Below the pieces are notes generated by a model, which worked only from the letters and a program-made list of their open reading frames with translations, was not told the DNA's origin and made no database searches. Positions 12,554 to 24,946 of a stretch of DNA of 64,000 nucleotides are shown in pieces. Made by a program: the position numbers and the translations under genes. The DNA is taken from NCBI GenBank assembly GCA_051313645.2, contig JBNRSN020000013.1:92628001-92692000 (forward strand). The letters are read 5' to 3'. Position 1 is the first letter of the stretch, and every line of letters begins with the position of its first letter. This DNA is from Centroscyllium fabricii. Taxonomy: Eukaryota.

Positions 12554-14324
12554 GGTACTGAGCTAAAGGAAAATCCTACTTTCAATTCTTGAATTAACTG
12601 AACTCTGCTGAGGAAGTAGGTTTGAAGACAGGGGAGGGAAAGAGAAGAAGTCATGTCGGCGGCGATGGAAACATCCAAGGACACTCAAGTGTATGTGTGG
12701 TCATTGAATGTATACAGGATCCAACTTAGCTGCAATGCTCCCAACGAATAGATACTCGTCTTCCCTTACCCTTGCTGTATATAGAACTCATTCTAAAAAG
12801 TTACCTCAAGTTTTTTGAATGTATGTGGCATCATGGAAACTAATTGAGCAAAGGCAGGAAGTTAACTGTACAGAAAAAATAGGAAGTCCAAAGATATAAT
12901 CGGGTCATACAGAAAACCAAAAGGCACGTGGAGGTTGAACTACATTCAAAGAATAAGAAAAACCATACCTAAGGCACCATAATTTCCCATGATGAAAAAC
13001 GCTCCCATTATTTTAAGCACAAACATTGGTTTTAATCCTCATGTTCAACTGAATGAGGTGGCTCTACTAGAACATGCAGTTTACAAACTCTGCATGCTGA
13101 AATAAATCCAAGCTCAGCAACAGTCTTAAAAGCAATTTAAGATCACAAGAAACAAATCAGTTCAAACAGATCTGATACTAGCTTGTGGTTTAATTTTCTA
13201 GGCTTCTTTCATGAACTTGAATACAAAATGACTGCTCACCGTCCATCCCCATCAGTATTAGCTTGCAATAGCGTGGGTAAAGGTAAACATTAGGGCAAAC
13301 TGCATACAGAGCATGAAATGAAAAGACTTGATGGGCCATTGTCCTTTATCATTCCATGCTCTGGGTTCTAAGAGAACCAGTAACAGCTAGGTAGAACATC
13401 ACATCACCAGTTTTCTGTAGAAAAAAAAAATTATGCTGAAGCTCCTGCCTTATTATGTAATTTAAAAACTACAGGTTATGCAGGAGTAACTTCAGATTAT
13501 GTGAAAGTTTTGTGCCTCGTATGTGGCTATAAATTTGATTACTCAAGATTAGGTTATAAAAAAATGATACTGCTATGTGATGATGAGTTTATCTTTCCTG
13601 TTACTAAATATTTAAACTTATTTTAAACAATTGTTGGCATGCTTTAAGTCTTTTTCCCTGAAGAGTGGCAGAATTTTACTAGTAGACAACTAGAAGACCT
13701 TAAACTTCACATGTGCATGCTTTAGTTGGAACTTACTAATTGCTAGGTGATTAGACCGGAAATCTGATTTCAGCCTCTAAATATGCCAATACCCAGTCGC
13801 AGAGGGCCCTGTGCAAAGGTTTGGTTTGAGGTCGCTACAGTTTACTAGACAGCAATACTAAATGCTACCTACTTAATCTGGTGTCAAATCTGCTCATGTA
13901 CAATCATGAAAAGGAATGTTTGTAATATGTATTATAAAAATAGTTGACAAGTGATAAGCAATAGATAACACAAGAGTAAATGAAACTCTTATAAAAGTCT
14001 TGAAATACGTTATTTCAGTATATGAGCCGCATAACAACTTAGAAACTAGTTTTTCCATGCTTTAGCTGCAGTGAACTCTTGTATACTATCCGAGTAGTCA
14101 AGTAGTACTTACAGTTTGTAAGAACTGAATTCCGTCTTCTTCGCCCACCTCAGCCTGACTGCGCGAGAATGAGTGGGGTATACATGGAGGCAAGTGCTGA
14201 GGTTGTAGCCGCTGCAGGGCCCCTGGATCACGACTCCTATTCCCACTCACTGACACCCACTCCTTCTCCCGCACTCGCTCACTGATGCACACTCTCGTGT
14301 TCACTCAAACTCTCATTTGCTCAC

Positions 14325-15233
14325 TATTCAATTTTTCAATTCAATTCAATTCAAGTTTTATTGTCATTGCAGAGTACGAGTGCAATACAACGAAACGAAG
14401 ACTCGCCGCTCCAGAGAGTAGTGCAAATAAGTTACATACAATTTCATACAATAAAGTACATTTTCAGCTGTGCAGATACTGGAGTTTTTTGTTAGAGTTC
14501 AGGAGACTGACAGCCCTGGGGAAGAAGCTGTTCTTGAATCTGGTCGTGCGGGTGCGGATTGATCTGTAGCGTCTCCCGGAGGGCAGGGGGCGAACAGAAT
14601 GTGGCTGGGGTGTGTGGGGTCTTTAATAATGTTCAGAGACCTCCGTAGGCAACGTTTGAGGTAGGTGCGTTCGATTGACGGTAGCTGGGTGCTGGTGATT
14701 CGTTGGGCAGTTTTGACTACCCGCTGCAGTTTCCATACCAGACTGATGCAGCTTGTCAGTATGCTTTCGATTGTGCAGCGGTAGAAGTTGGTGAGGATGC
14801 CGGATGACAGCTTGGCTTTTTTCAGCTTCCTTAGGAAGTACAGGCGCTGTTGGGCCTTCTTAATCAGAGAGGAGGTGTTTAGTGACCAGGAGAGGTCTTC
14901 CGAGATGTGGACCCCGAGGAACTTGAAGCTGGACACCCTTTCCACCTCAGCCCCTTGGATGAAGATGGGGGTGTGTCTTCTGCTTTTAGTCTTCCGGAGG
15001 TCCACTATGATCTCCTTGGTGTTCAGTGCCAGGTTGTTATCGGCACACCATCCCACAAGGCGCTGAATCTCATCCCTGTAGGCTGACTCATCGTTGTTGG
15101 TGATCTGGCCAACCACCGTGGTGTCGTCCGCGAACTTGATGATCGTGTTGGAGCCGCGGACAGCCGCACAGTCGTGGGTGAAGAGGGAGTAGAGGAGGGG
15201 GCTCAGCACACAGCCTTGTGGGGCCCCCGTGTT

Positions 15234-15270
<37 letters not shown>

Positions 15271-15678
15271 GGTGAGGTTGCCTAACTTCACAGACTGTGG
15301 TCTGTTGGTTAGGAAGTCCAGGGTCCAGTTGCAAGTCCAGGGTCCAGTTGCAGAGGGAGGTGTTCAGGCCGAGGGGGAGGAGTTTGGTAGACAGCTTGCT
15401 GGGGACGATGGTGTTGAATGCTGAGCTGTAGTCAATAAACAGCATTCTGATATATGTATCTTTGCTATCCAGGTGGTTTAGTGCAGAGTGAAGAGCCGTA
15501 GTGATTGCACCTTCCGTTGATCTGTTTCCTCGATAGGCGAACTGGTATCGGTCCAGGGCGGCGGGGACGCTGGCTTTGATGTGGGCCAGGACCAGCCGCT
15601 CGAAACACTTCAGGATTATGGGTGTGAGTGCGACAGGGCGGTAGTCGTTCAGGCACGTCACGGCCATTTTCTTGGTCA
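14325..15678 (-). mobile_element. 5'-truncated Rex1/Babar-like LINE
   Basis: ORFs 15203-15679 and 14499-15209: [43 protein letters not shown]. Tail CAATGACAATAAAAC followed by TTGAA repeats. Confidence 0.85.
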
Positions 15679-17070
15679 CAAATTCACCCTCTCACTCATA
15701 AACTTGCTCTGTCTCACTTTCACACTCACTCTCAATTTCTCTCCTCAAACTCAGTCTTTGACTTACTCTTGCATGCATTCGCACACTCAATCTCGGATTA
15801 ATTTATTCAATCAGTAACTCGGGCCTTTTACACTCTCACTCAAGCTGGCACACCCACACACTCATCCGGTAACTATCCTCCTTTACCTGAGGGGAGAGGG
15901 AATTGTACACATCGAGTGTAGTGGATCCACTCAGGGCTCTTATTGGCTCTGGGCACCGTGCAATTGCATGGACTGTTCAACCCCAACTCTGCTCCTGCCC
16001 GGATAGCATACACTGACATGACCGCTTGATCAATCCTACAGGGTACAGCATTAAGTGACGTGTTGGGATTGGTCAAGCATTAAGCACTGTGTCGAGATAG
16101 CAAAGTGTCCTCCTCCCTTACAAACATGGGCACTGCCCAACATTCCAAACTGAACATTCCATTTTCTCCTTTACAAACATGGACGGCCAAAATTTTTATA
16201 ACGATTTAAAAGTATTAATTTTTTATTTTTTTTAAATCAATAAAAAATACCAGGTGGGGGTGGGGGGGGTTTGGCAGCCGCCCCCTCCCCTAAGGGCTGC
16301 AGCGCGTCGCAGCTCGCCACCCCCCCCCCCCCCCCCCCCCACGGCCATGTGGTTCCACCTGGTCGGGACACCGCCATTACTCGACGCCCTGGTCTGGGCC
16401 CCGCTGCTAAGAGCGGCTAGGCCTCAAACTGCGTGTTTAGGCCTGCGGCCTGGCCCCGGCTCCAAGAGAGATAAAAGTTAATGTAATTTGTAGATGTTAA
16501 ATGACTGCGAAAGTCAAACCTATAATTTAATCTAAATTTTATGCTCTCCTCACCCCCACCCCTCTACTGTTCTGCCTCCCCCCTCTGCTGTCCTGACCCC
16601 TCACTGTGCTGCCCTCACTCTGTACAATACAAGCTATTGAGTTTGCAAACTTTTACCATAAGGAGTTTTCACTCAGTGTTTTGTTGAAACTCCAGGATTG
16701 TGTAAAATGGTCTGCTGTTATACTTTATTATAATAAATAAATGTTTACTGCTGATTTCTAAAATGACCTCTAAATGTCTGAAATAGTTTATTTTATTTCT
16801 CCATTGCAGTAATACACCTTAAGTTTGTGAATAATGTCACATTACTCTTGGGTACTTAGGAAGAGCTCGTTAATGCCAACAATTTAATGAACATGTCATA
16901 GTGTTGCTGATTTCCCTCAAATGCATCCGATGGGACTGTGGACATGTTTGTACACAAGCTGGAGGTTGTTCTGGAGAAGTGACCTTTGAGGGGAGAGGAG
17001 AAAGGGGGAGGACATGAAAGGGGGGGGGGGGGTCGGTGCCTGGAATGTCAGAAGCATCGAACCACTAAAT

Positions 17071-17185
17071 TTCCTCTCTCTCTCTCTCTCTCTGCTTCCC
17101 CCTCTCTGTCTCTCTGCTTTCCTCTTTCTCTCTGCTTCCCTCTCTGTCTCTCTTTCTTTCCTTCCCTCGCTCTCTCCTTCTCCCT
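17071..17185. repeat. CT-rich microsatellite / low complexity
   Basis: (TC)n and degenerate CTCT runs. Confidence 0.85.
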
Positions 17186-17659
17186 GTCATGGCACGTTTT
17201 CGAATTCCCTCGGCACCGCCGGGCACTCTCAGCTAGTAATCTATATTCTAGTAGTGTGCACAACAGTGTCTGTTTCATAGATGTTGTGACAGTGCACTGC
17301 TTTAGAACAGCTTTAGGACAGAACCATACCGATCCAGTGAAAGATTGACTTGTGTCTATTCTGATGGCTTTGGATCTGGGAAGTTGTGGAGCTGATGACA
17401 GTGGGTTAGTGATCTAAGTTTGAATCTAGTTTAGACCATTGGCACGAGGGTCTCTTCTCTTCACCCCCTTGCCAGTTAAGAGTCCATGTAAAATGAACTT
17501 GGGCAATCTCAACTCAGTGCAGTGGACACGCATCCAAAACACAGTCTGCTCAAGGGCCAGATCAGAAGTGCGAAATGGAAACATCACGTAAGTATAGTAG
17601 AATGTGATTATTATTGAGATACATTGTTTGGACTGGAGAGGCGGAACTGTACTCTAGTA

Positions 17660-18109
17660 CAGGTTGAGCACCGTTAATCCGTTACCCGAAAAATTGGCAA
17701 CTTCGAACGCCCGGCAATAATTTCCCCGCCTGCCCCGCGCATGTGCAAAATGGCCGCTGCGATTCACGCTTTGGCGAATGATCTGCGCATGCGCCGCCGA
17801 ACAGCGAGTGCATGCGCAGATCATTCACAATGGTCTCTCCGAGCCGATAGCGGGTTGGGCCGGGGCTCCCCGAACGCAGGCTGGGCCGGGACTCCCCGAA
17901 CAATGCTGGGCCGGGACGCCCCGATCGCGGGCCGGGACTCCCTGAACAATAAGTGCATGTGCAGACCACTCAAAATGGCCGCTGGCCTTTTGCGGCGGCC
18001 ATTTTGAATGGTCTGCGTATGCGCTTGCTGAAGCTTCAATCGTTGGGGATTTTCACTTTCCCGGCACGGGCCGGGTCCCTCCCGTGCCGGATTAACGGTG
18101 CTCATCCTG
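17660..18109. mobile_element. Tc1/mariner(Tigger-like) MITE
   Basis: TIR CAGGTTGAGCACCGTTAATCCG / CGGATTAACGGTGCTCATCCTG. TA on the left, CA on the right. Confidence 0.85.
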
Positions 18110-18474
18110 CACTTCATAATGCAGACTAGGTGTCAGAGTAGAAAAAAAACTTCACCCCGCAGCACTGACGCAACAGTGAAATCTCTCATTAATATCATAT
18201 AATGTATCAAACAATTGTTTGCAAAAAGCTCCATGTGCAAAGATTTGCAACTGTGCAAGACCTAAAATATGCATAATGCTAAAGTTCTTAAAGCTTCATG
18301 TGTGCTGCATAGGTTAGTACCAGTCTGATACTAATGCGAATTTACTGTTCTATAAAGATCTGTCCAGCAGAAAAACATTAAAGATTGCAAATCTAGATCA
18401 TTCCCAATTTACAATACAAAGATTAATGGCTGTGACAGGCTAAAGTTAACTTTTTCAGTATCTGAAAGCAACTA

Positions 18475-19354
18475 CAGGTCCGACACCGTTAATCCGGCAC
18501 CATCGGGACCAGGCCGGTGCCGGACTAGTGAAAAATCCGAACTGAAGCTTCAGCGAGCGCATGCGCAGACCATTCAAAATGGCCGCACGCATGCGCAAAC
18601 CTAGTCTGGCACCGGTCCGATTCCCAGAGTTTCTCCTGAAGGGTATGTCAGGGCCCATACCTGCAATAACCATTCTCATTTAAATAAGGTCGATGCGACA
18701 ATACTAGCCACCTGGTACTGTACACAATTTTAGTAATCATGAATTAAAATGAGTCTGCTAATTTGATCACCCAAATGTTTGTTCCCTCTTCTGTTACTAA
18801 TGCTGTCCTGTGCTGACGGGCAGTGTTTCCACTTTGAATGGCTGCATGATCATCCACACTCTTATATATTCAGCATTCATAGAAGATAGGAGCAGGAGTA
18901 GGCCATTCAGCCCTTCGAGCCTGCATTATTTCTAGTACGCTGATGGTTGCAATCGGTGCGGTAGCAAAGCTTTGAGACGTTAAAAGTTTCATGTTAAAAG
19001 TGGTTGCGCAGACCATGCTGGATTTCCTTTAAGCTTCTATTGATGGAAACAAGCTGATGGAATAGGAGCAGTTTCCTAACTTCCAAAACATCCGCAATAG
19101 TTCCAAGACTGGGAAAAAAATCCATGCTTTGTAGAAACAATAAAAAGTGATTTTAAAAAGTGTGTAAGTACTTATCCAAAAATAGCTTCCATCTCCTTCC
19201 GCAGGTAAACCTTTAATTATAATAAATGCAAAGAAAATGGCCGCGTGCATGCGCAAACCGTTCAAAATGGCCGCGCGCACTCGCAGACCAGTCGGGGAGA
19301 GGCCCGGATTCGTGCCGGACGACTGAAGTTTCCGGATTAACGGTGCCGGACCTG
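18475..19354. mobile_element. Tc1/mariner(Tigger-like) non-autonomous element
   Basis: TIR CAGGTCCGACACCGTTAATCCGG / CCGGATTAACGGTGCCGGACCTG. TA on the left, CA on the right. Confidence 0.8.
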
Positions 19355-19582
19355 CATTATGTTTAATGAAGATTTTATCTCCTTAATAGAGTACCAGGCA
19401 AGGAAAAGAACTAGCAACTAAATATAGGTCTATATCACCTTGGAGAACTTTTCATGGTAGCTTCTAGTGTCAGATTCCCAAACTCCAGTATTGAGCATCT
19501 ATCCCTGCCTGGGGGCGTTACCAGTTCTTGGCCTGCTAAATGAGGCTCTGTGTCACCACAGAAATAACTTTCATTTGCTTAC

Positions 19583-19678
19583 CTTAGTCCAAGGATGTGC
19601 CTTGATCTGTGGGAATTTGAACTCAGTGTAGTTGGGATTCATCTCTCGGATTTGCTCCCTTGTTGGCGTTCCCAGGAC
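19583..19678 (-). CDS. GSK3B: GSK3B coding exon (96 bp; equivalent to exon 8)
   Basis: Read by hand, not in the ORF track: [32 protein letters not shown]. Acceptor TTCCAG, donor GTAAG, phase 0/0. Confidence 0.97.
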
Positions 19679-21873
19679 CTGGAAGCAAACATGTAATAAA
19701 TCTTATGTATTGTATAATCTGATGAATTATTATACAAGAATACAATTCATTAGATGATACAATTACCAACAAGTTGAACAACAGCCCTCAAATTTATCAC
19801 ATCCAATATATGAAGATTGGCCACTAAGTTGTAATGATCCAATTTTAAGCAATTGGAGCAGAGCGGACCTAGGTGGGTCCCGAGCAGCAGCAGCGAGGCG
19901 GAGCAGAGCAGACCTAGGTGGGTCCCGAGTGACCGCAGCAGCAGCAGCGAGGAGGCGGCTATAAAGAGCCGAGGCAGCGAGGCCCAGGCACAGAGGCAGC
20001 GCGGAGCGGAGCAGTAAAAGAGCCAAGGTCAGGAGCGAGCAGTTTCGCGGGCTTTTTTTTCAAAGCCAGGGGGCGGGGCCGATCCATTGGCACCTGTATA
20101 TAGGTGGAGCAGTTGCTAAACCCGAGACACTACACTAGTAATGTCTCCCACCCTTCCACCTCCTCTAACCTTTAGGGGTAGAGGGAATTTAAAAGGTAGG
20201 TTCGATTTATTTTTTGTTTTCAGGGACTGATCTTAAGTGGAAGGGGCTCCTGGACAGAGGTAGGAGTTGGCGGCGGCAGCAGGACCAGGACAGGAGTTTT
20301 TTCGCGGGTTTTATTTTCAGGAGCAGGCAGCAGGGCGGTACTAGGAGGAGACAACAGGAGGCGGCGGATATAAAGGTAAGGGGGTAAGGGATTTATTTAT
20401 TTTTTATTTTATTTATTTTTCTGAGGTCTCTCTGGTGTAAAAGGGGACTTCTGATAGCTGAGCGCCCTAGTATATAGCTTGTTTTTTGGTGGTGTTAAAC
20501 TTTTTGTAAAAGTAATTAGAGGGGTACATCATGTCAGTGGAGCTCGGTGCAGTGTTTTGCTCCTCCTGCCACATGTGGGAAGTCAGGGACACTACTGAAG
20601 TCCCTGACGACCATGTGTGCGGGAAATGCGTCCACCTTCAGTTACTGACTGACCGCATTGCGGCACTGGAACTGAGGGTGGATGGGTTATGGAGCATTCG
20701 CGATGCTGAGAGGTGCGTGGATTACTCATTTAGTGAGCTGGTCACACCGCAGGCTAAGGGTGTACAGGCAGAAGGGAAATGGGTGACCATCAGAAAGAGC
20801 AGTAAGGTCAGGCAGGTAGAGCAGGAAACCCCTGTGGCCATCCCCCTCACGAACAAGTATACCGTTTTGGATACTGTTGGGGGGGAACGATCTACCAGGG
20901 GAATGCAGCAGTAGCCAACCTCCGGGCACTGGGGTTGCTTCTGCTGTTCAGCTGGGGGGGGAAAAGGCGTGAGAGAGCAATAGTGGTAGGGGACTCTATC
21001 GTAAGGGGAGCAGATAGGCGTTTCTGTGGCCGTAGAAGTGACTCCAGGATGGTCTGTTGCCTCCCTGGTGCCAGGGTCAAGGATGTCACGGAACGGCTGC
21101 AGGGCATCCTGAAGGGGGAGGGAAACCAGTCAGAGGTCGTTGTACACATAGGAACCAACGACATAGGTAAAAAGAGGGATGAGGTCCTGCAACAAGAATT
21201 CAGGGAGCTAGGCAGAAATTTAAAGTGCAGGACCTCAAAGGTTGTAATCTCTGGATTACTCCCTGTGCCACGAGTTAGTGAGTATAGGAATAGGTGGATA
21301 GAGCAGCTTAATACGTGGATCAAGAGTTGGTGCAGGAGGGAGGGCTTTAGTTTCCTGGATAACTGGCCCTGTTTCTGGGAAAGGTGGGACTTGTATAAGC
21401 CAGACGGTCTCCACCTTAACCAGAGGGGGACCAATATCCTGGCGGGGAGGTTTGCTAGCACTGTTGGGGAGGGTTTAAACTAATTTGGCAGGGGCCTGGG
21501 ATACAGAGTGGAGCAAAAATAGGGGATGACGAAAAGGCATATATTGAGGAAAAAACAAGTATGATTGGAAGGCAGAACAAAAGTTCGACACAAGGGAGTA
21601 GGGCAAGGTTAAATGGCATTTATTTTAATGCAAGGAGTCTTGCAAACAAGGGGGATGAATTGAAGGTGTTGTTAAACACATGGGAGTATGACATTGTTGC
21701 CATTACAGAAACATGGCTGAGAGGGGGGCAGGATTGGCAGCTCAATATTCCAGGGTATAGAATCTTCAGGAGAGACAGAGTGGAGTGAAAAAGAGGAGGG
21801 GGTGTTGCAGTATTAATCAAAGAATCAATTACTGCTGTAACAAGGGATGACATATTGACTGAGTCCTCTAACG

Positions 21874-22205
21874 CAGGGGTCCCCAACCTTTTTGGGACCG
21901 CGGCCCATTTTGGGCGTGTCAATTTTTTCACGGACTGGCGGGGGGGGTGTGTGTGTGGTGGTGGCGCAGTTTTTTTGACTGACCGGGGGGGCGGGGGGTG
22001 CTGGCGGAGGTTTTTTCACTGACCGGGGGGGGGGGGCTGTCTTCCATCTGTGCCTCGTTAACCGTCTTCCGTCGGCGAATGATCTGCGCATGCGCCGATT
22101 CACAGACCCTTCCGCGGACCGTCGACGAATGATCGGCGCATGCGCCGATTCACAGACCCGTACACGGACCGGTAAAACCGGCTGACCGGCGGTTGGGGAC
22201 CTCTG
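21874..22205. mobile_element. hAT (Charlie-like) MITE inside CR1 E2 ORF2
   Basis: TIR CAGGGGTCCCCAACC / GGTTGGGGACCTCTG. Perfect 8-bp TSD CTCTAACG at 21866-21873 and 22206-22213. Confidence 0.93.
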
Positions 22206-22351
22206 CTCTAACGAGGCCATTTGGGTGGAACTTAGAAATAAAAAGGGGGCAAGCACATTACTGGGAGTATACTACAGACCAACAGTCAGAGGGAAATAGA
22301 GGAACAGATTTGCAGGCAAATCTCAGAGGTGTGTGGAAACAATAGGGTAGT

Positions 22352-22729
22352 TGTGGAGTTTGTTGGCGGGCGAAGGACTTCCTGAGACAGGTAACTTTAA
22401 ACAACCTTCTTTATTAAAAACGTTAAACAGAGAGAGAGCTCTCGAGCCCTTTTTATTTGAATAAAAAGCGGTTGCAACGTCATTCAGTATTATCCAAATG
22501 ACGTATGCGCGTCTGCGCGTTGTGCGCATGCGCGGGGCGTCCTTGCGTCGGCACTGGCCTCTCGAGAGAAGCGCGCCTCAGGGCCCGTGCCTTCAGGGCA
22601 CGTTGGGCGCATGCGCGGGGCGTCTTTGCGTCGGCACTGGCCTCGCGAGGATAGCGCGCCTCGGGGCCGGTGCCTTCATGGTCCATGACTCCGGTGGATT
22701 CGCCAATAAGTCCGTGGCGATCCGCCACA
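22352..22729. mobile_element. Solo LTR inside CR1 E2 ORF2
   Basis: TGTGG...CCACA termini. 4-bp TSD TAGT at 22348-22351 and 22730-22733. Removal rejoins the CR1 NRVVILGDF motif. Confidence 0.85.
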
Positions 22730-24790
22730 TAGTAATATTAGGGGATTTCAGCTTCCCCAATATTGATTGGGATAGCCAAAGTGGGAAGGGCTTAGAGGGT
22801 GCAGAATTCCTAGGGAAAAACCAGGGAACTACAGGCTGGTGAGCCGGACATCGGTGGTGGGGAAGCTACTAGAAAATATTCTGAGGGACAAAATCAGTCT
22901 TCACTTGGAGAGTCAGGGATTAATTAAGGATAGTCAACATGGCTTTGTCAAGGGAAGATCGTGTCTGACTAATTTGATTGAATTTTTTGAAGGGGTGACC
23001 AAGTATGTGGATGGGGGTAGTGCAGTTGATGTGGTCTACATGGATTTTAGTAAGGCTTTTGATAAGGTCCCGCATAGGAGACTACTCAAGAAGGTAAGAG
23101 CCCATGGGATCCAGGGCACCTTGGCACAATGGATCCAAAACTGGCTTGGTGACAGAAGGCAGAGGGTGATGGTCGAAGGTTGCTTTTGTGACTGGAGGCC
23201 GGTGTCCAGTGGGGTACCGCAGGGATCGGTTTTGGGTCCCTTGCTGTTTGTAATCTATATTAATGATTTGGATATCAACGTAAAAGGCATGATCAGCAAG
23301 TTTGCAGACGGCACGAAGATAGGAGGGGTGGTAAATAGTGAGGAAGAGATCTGCAGGCTGCAGGGGGATATAGAGGAGCTGGTCAGATGGGCGGAACGGT
23401 GGCAAATGGACTTTAACCCTGAAAAGTGCGAAGTGATGCATTTTGGCAGGACTAACATGGAGTGGGAATACACCATGAATGGTAGGACTCTGGGGAAGAC
23501 AGATGATCAGAGGGTCCTTGGTGTACAGGTACACAAGTCCTTGAAGGCAGCAGGGCAGGGGGTCAAGAAGGCATATGGGATACTTGCCTTCATTAGCAGG
23601 GGCATAGAATATAAAAGTAAGGTGATGATGGAGCTGTACAAAACACTGGTGAGACCACAGCTGGAGTATTGTGTGCAGTTCTGGTCGCCACACTATAGGA
23701 AGGATGTGATAGCTTTGGAGAGGGTGCAGAGGAGATTCACCAGGATGCTGCCTGGGATGGAGAGCCTCAGCTATGAGGAGAGACGGGACAGGCTGGGGTT
23801 GTTTTCTTTGGAGCAGAGGAGGCTGAGAGGGGACCTGATTGAGGTGTACAAAATCATGAGGGGAATAGATAGGGTGGATGGCGGGGAGCTTTTTCCATTG
23901 GTGGAAGGGTCAATAATGAGGGGGCATGGATACAGGGTGAGAGGCAGGAAGGTTTGGGGGGATGTGAGGAAGAACTTTTTCACCCAGAGGGTGGTTGGAG
24001 TCTGGAACTCACTGCCTGAAAGGGTGGTAGAGGCGGGAACAGTCACAACGTTCAAAAAGCATTTGGATGTACACTTGAAAGGTTACAACATTCAAGGCTA
24101 CGGTCCAAATGCAGGAAAGTGCGATTAGAATAGACTCGGTTTGGATGGGTGGCACGGATGTGATGGGCCGAAGGGCCTCTTTCTGTGCTGTATGACTCTA
24201 TGACTCTATAAATGTCCATAAGGATGTTAGATTACCAACCATAGGTATGGCCCCATTCTTTGAAACAAGTTCAACCATATACAAAACAGCAATCTCAGAA
24301 GGCTGGGTTCACCTGCAGATCATCGCATTGTTAGTTTGGTCAGATGTAGCTCACTCAGATGTACACAAAGCCCGGTTCCCAACAGAAAAGAGTTAGATTG
24401 CTTCCACATGGCACGATTGGATAGAAAGTTAGTTGGTTTAAACAACTTCCATGAAGCGTAAGTAAATCACTGAACATTAAGGCAATTAGGAACTATCTCT
24501 AGGCCTCAAGTAGTGTCAAGATATGAAAAGCTGAATGAAGTGGCAGAAAATAATGCGTTTCAAAGTGACTTGTAATTAATTATTGTTATGCACCATTACT
24601 GTTAAACTGAACAATTAGATTTTTGTAGAACAGTGCTGTAGTTTAAAACTAGCCTTTCTTTGCTGAAGCAACATAGTTGAGTAGGCTGCAGGAAAGAGAG
24701 AAAGCTTAGAGAGAGAGGTAAAACAATCATAAAACTGACCATTTAGAAATTAGTACACGAAAGGCTCACATGTTTGAACAATTGACATCA

Positions 24791-24946
<156 letters not shown>

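Larger units (their letters stand above)
19851..24209 (+). mobile_element. CR1 LINE (E2) with 5' UTR, frameshifted ORF1 (20531-21483) and internally deleted ORF2
   Basis: ORF1 CSSC/CGKC, GDSIVRG, HIGTND, DGLHL. ORF2 YFNARSL, ITETWL and RT 22839-24128. Tail repeats TATGACTC. Internal deletion near 22812. 5' boundary approximate. Confidence 0.93.

Noticed and set aside
20196-20223. 28-nt GT-AG micro-intron
   Set aside because: Below the usual vertebrate minimum intron size; treated as separate donor and acceptor sites.
20892-21461. Antisense ORFs over CR1 ORF1 and ORF2 (also 10490-10966, 34656-35168, 56235-56801, 57588-58109)
   Set aside because: Most simply shadow frames of the coding strand; no independent support.
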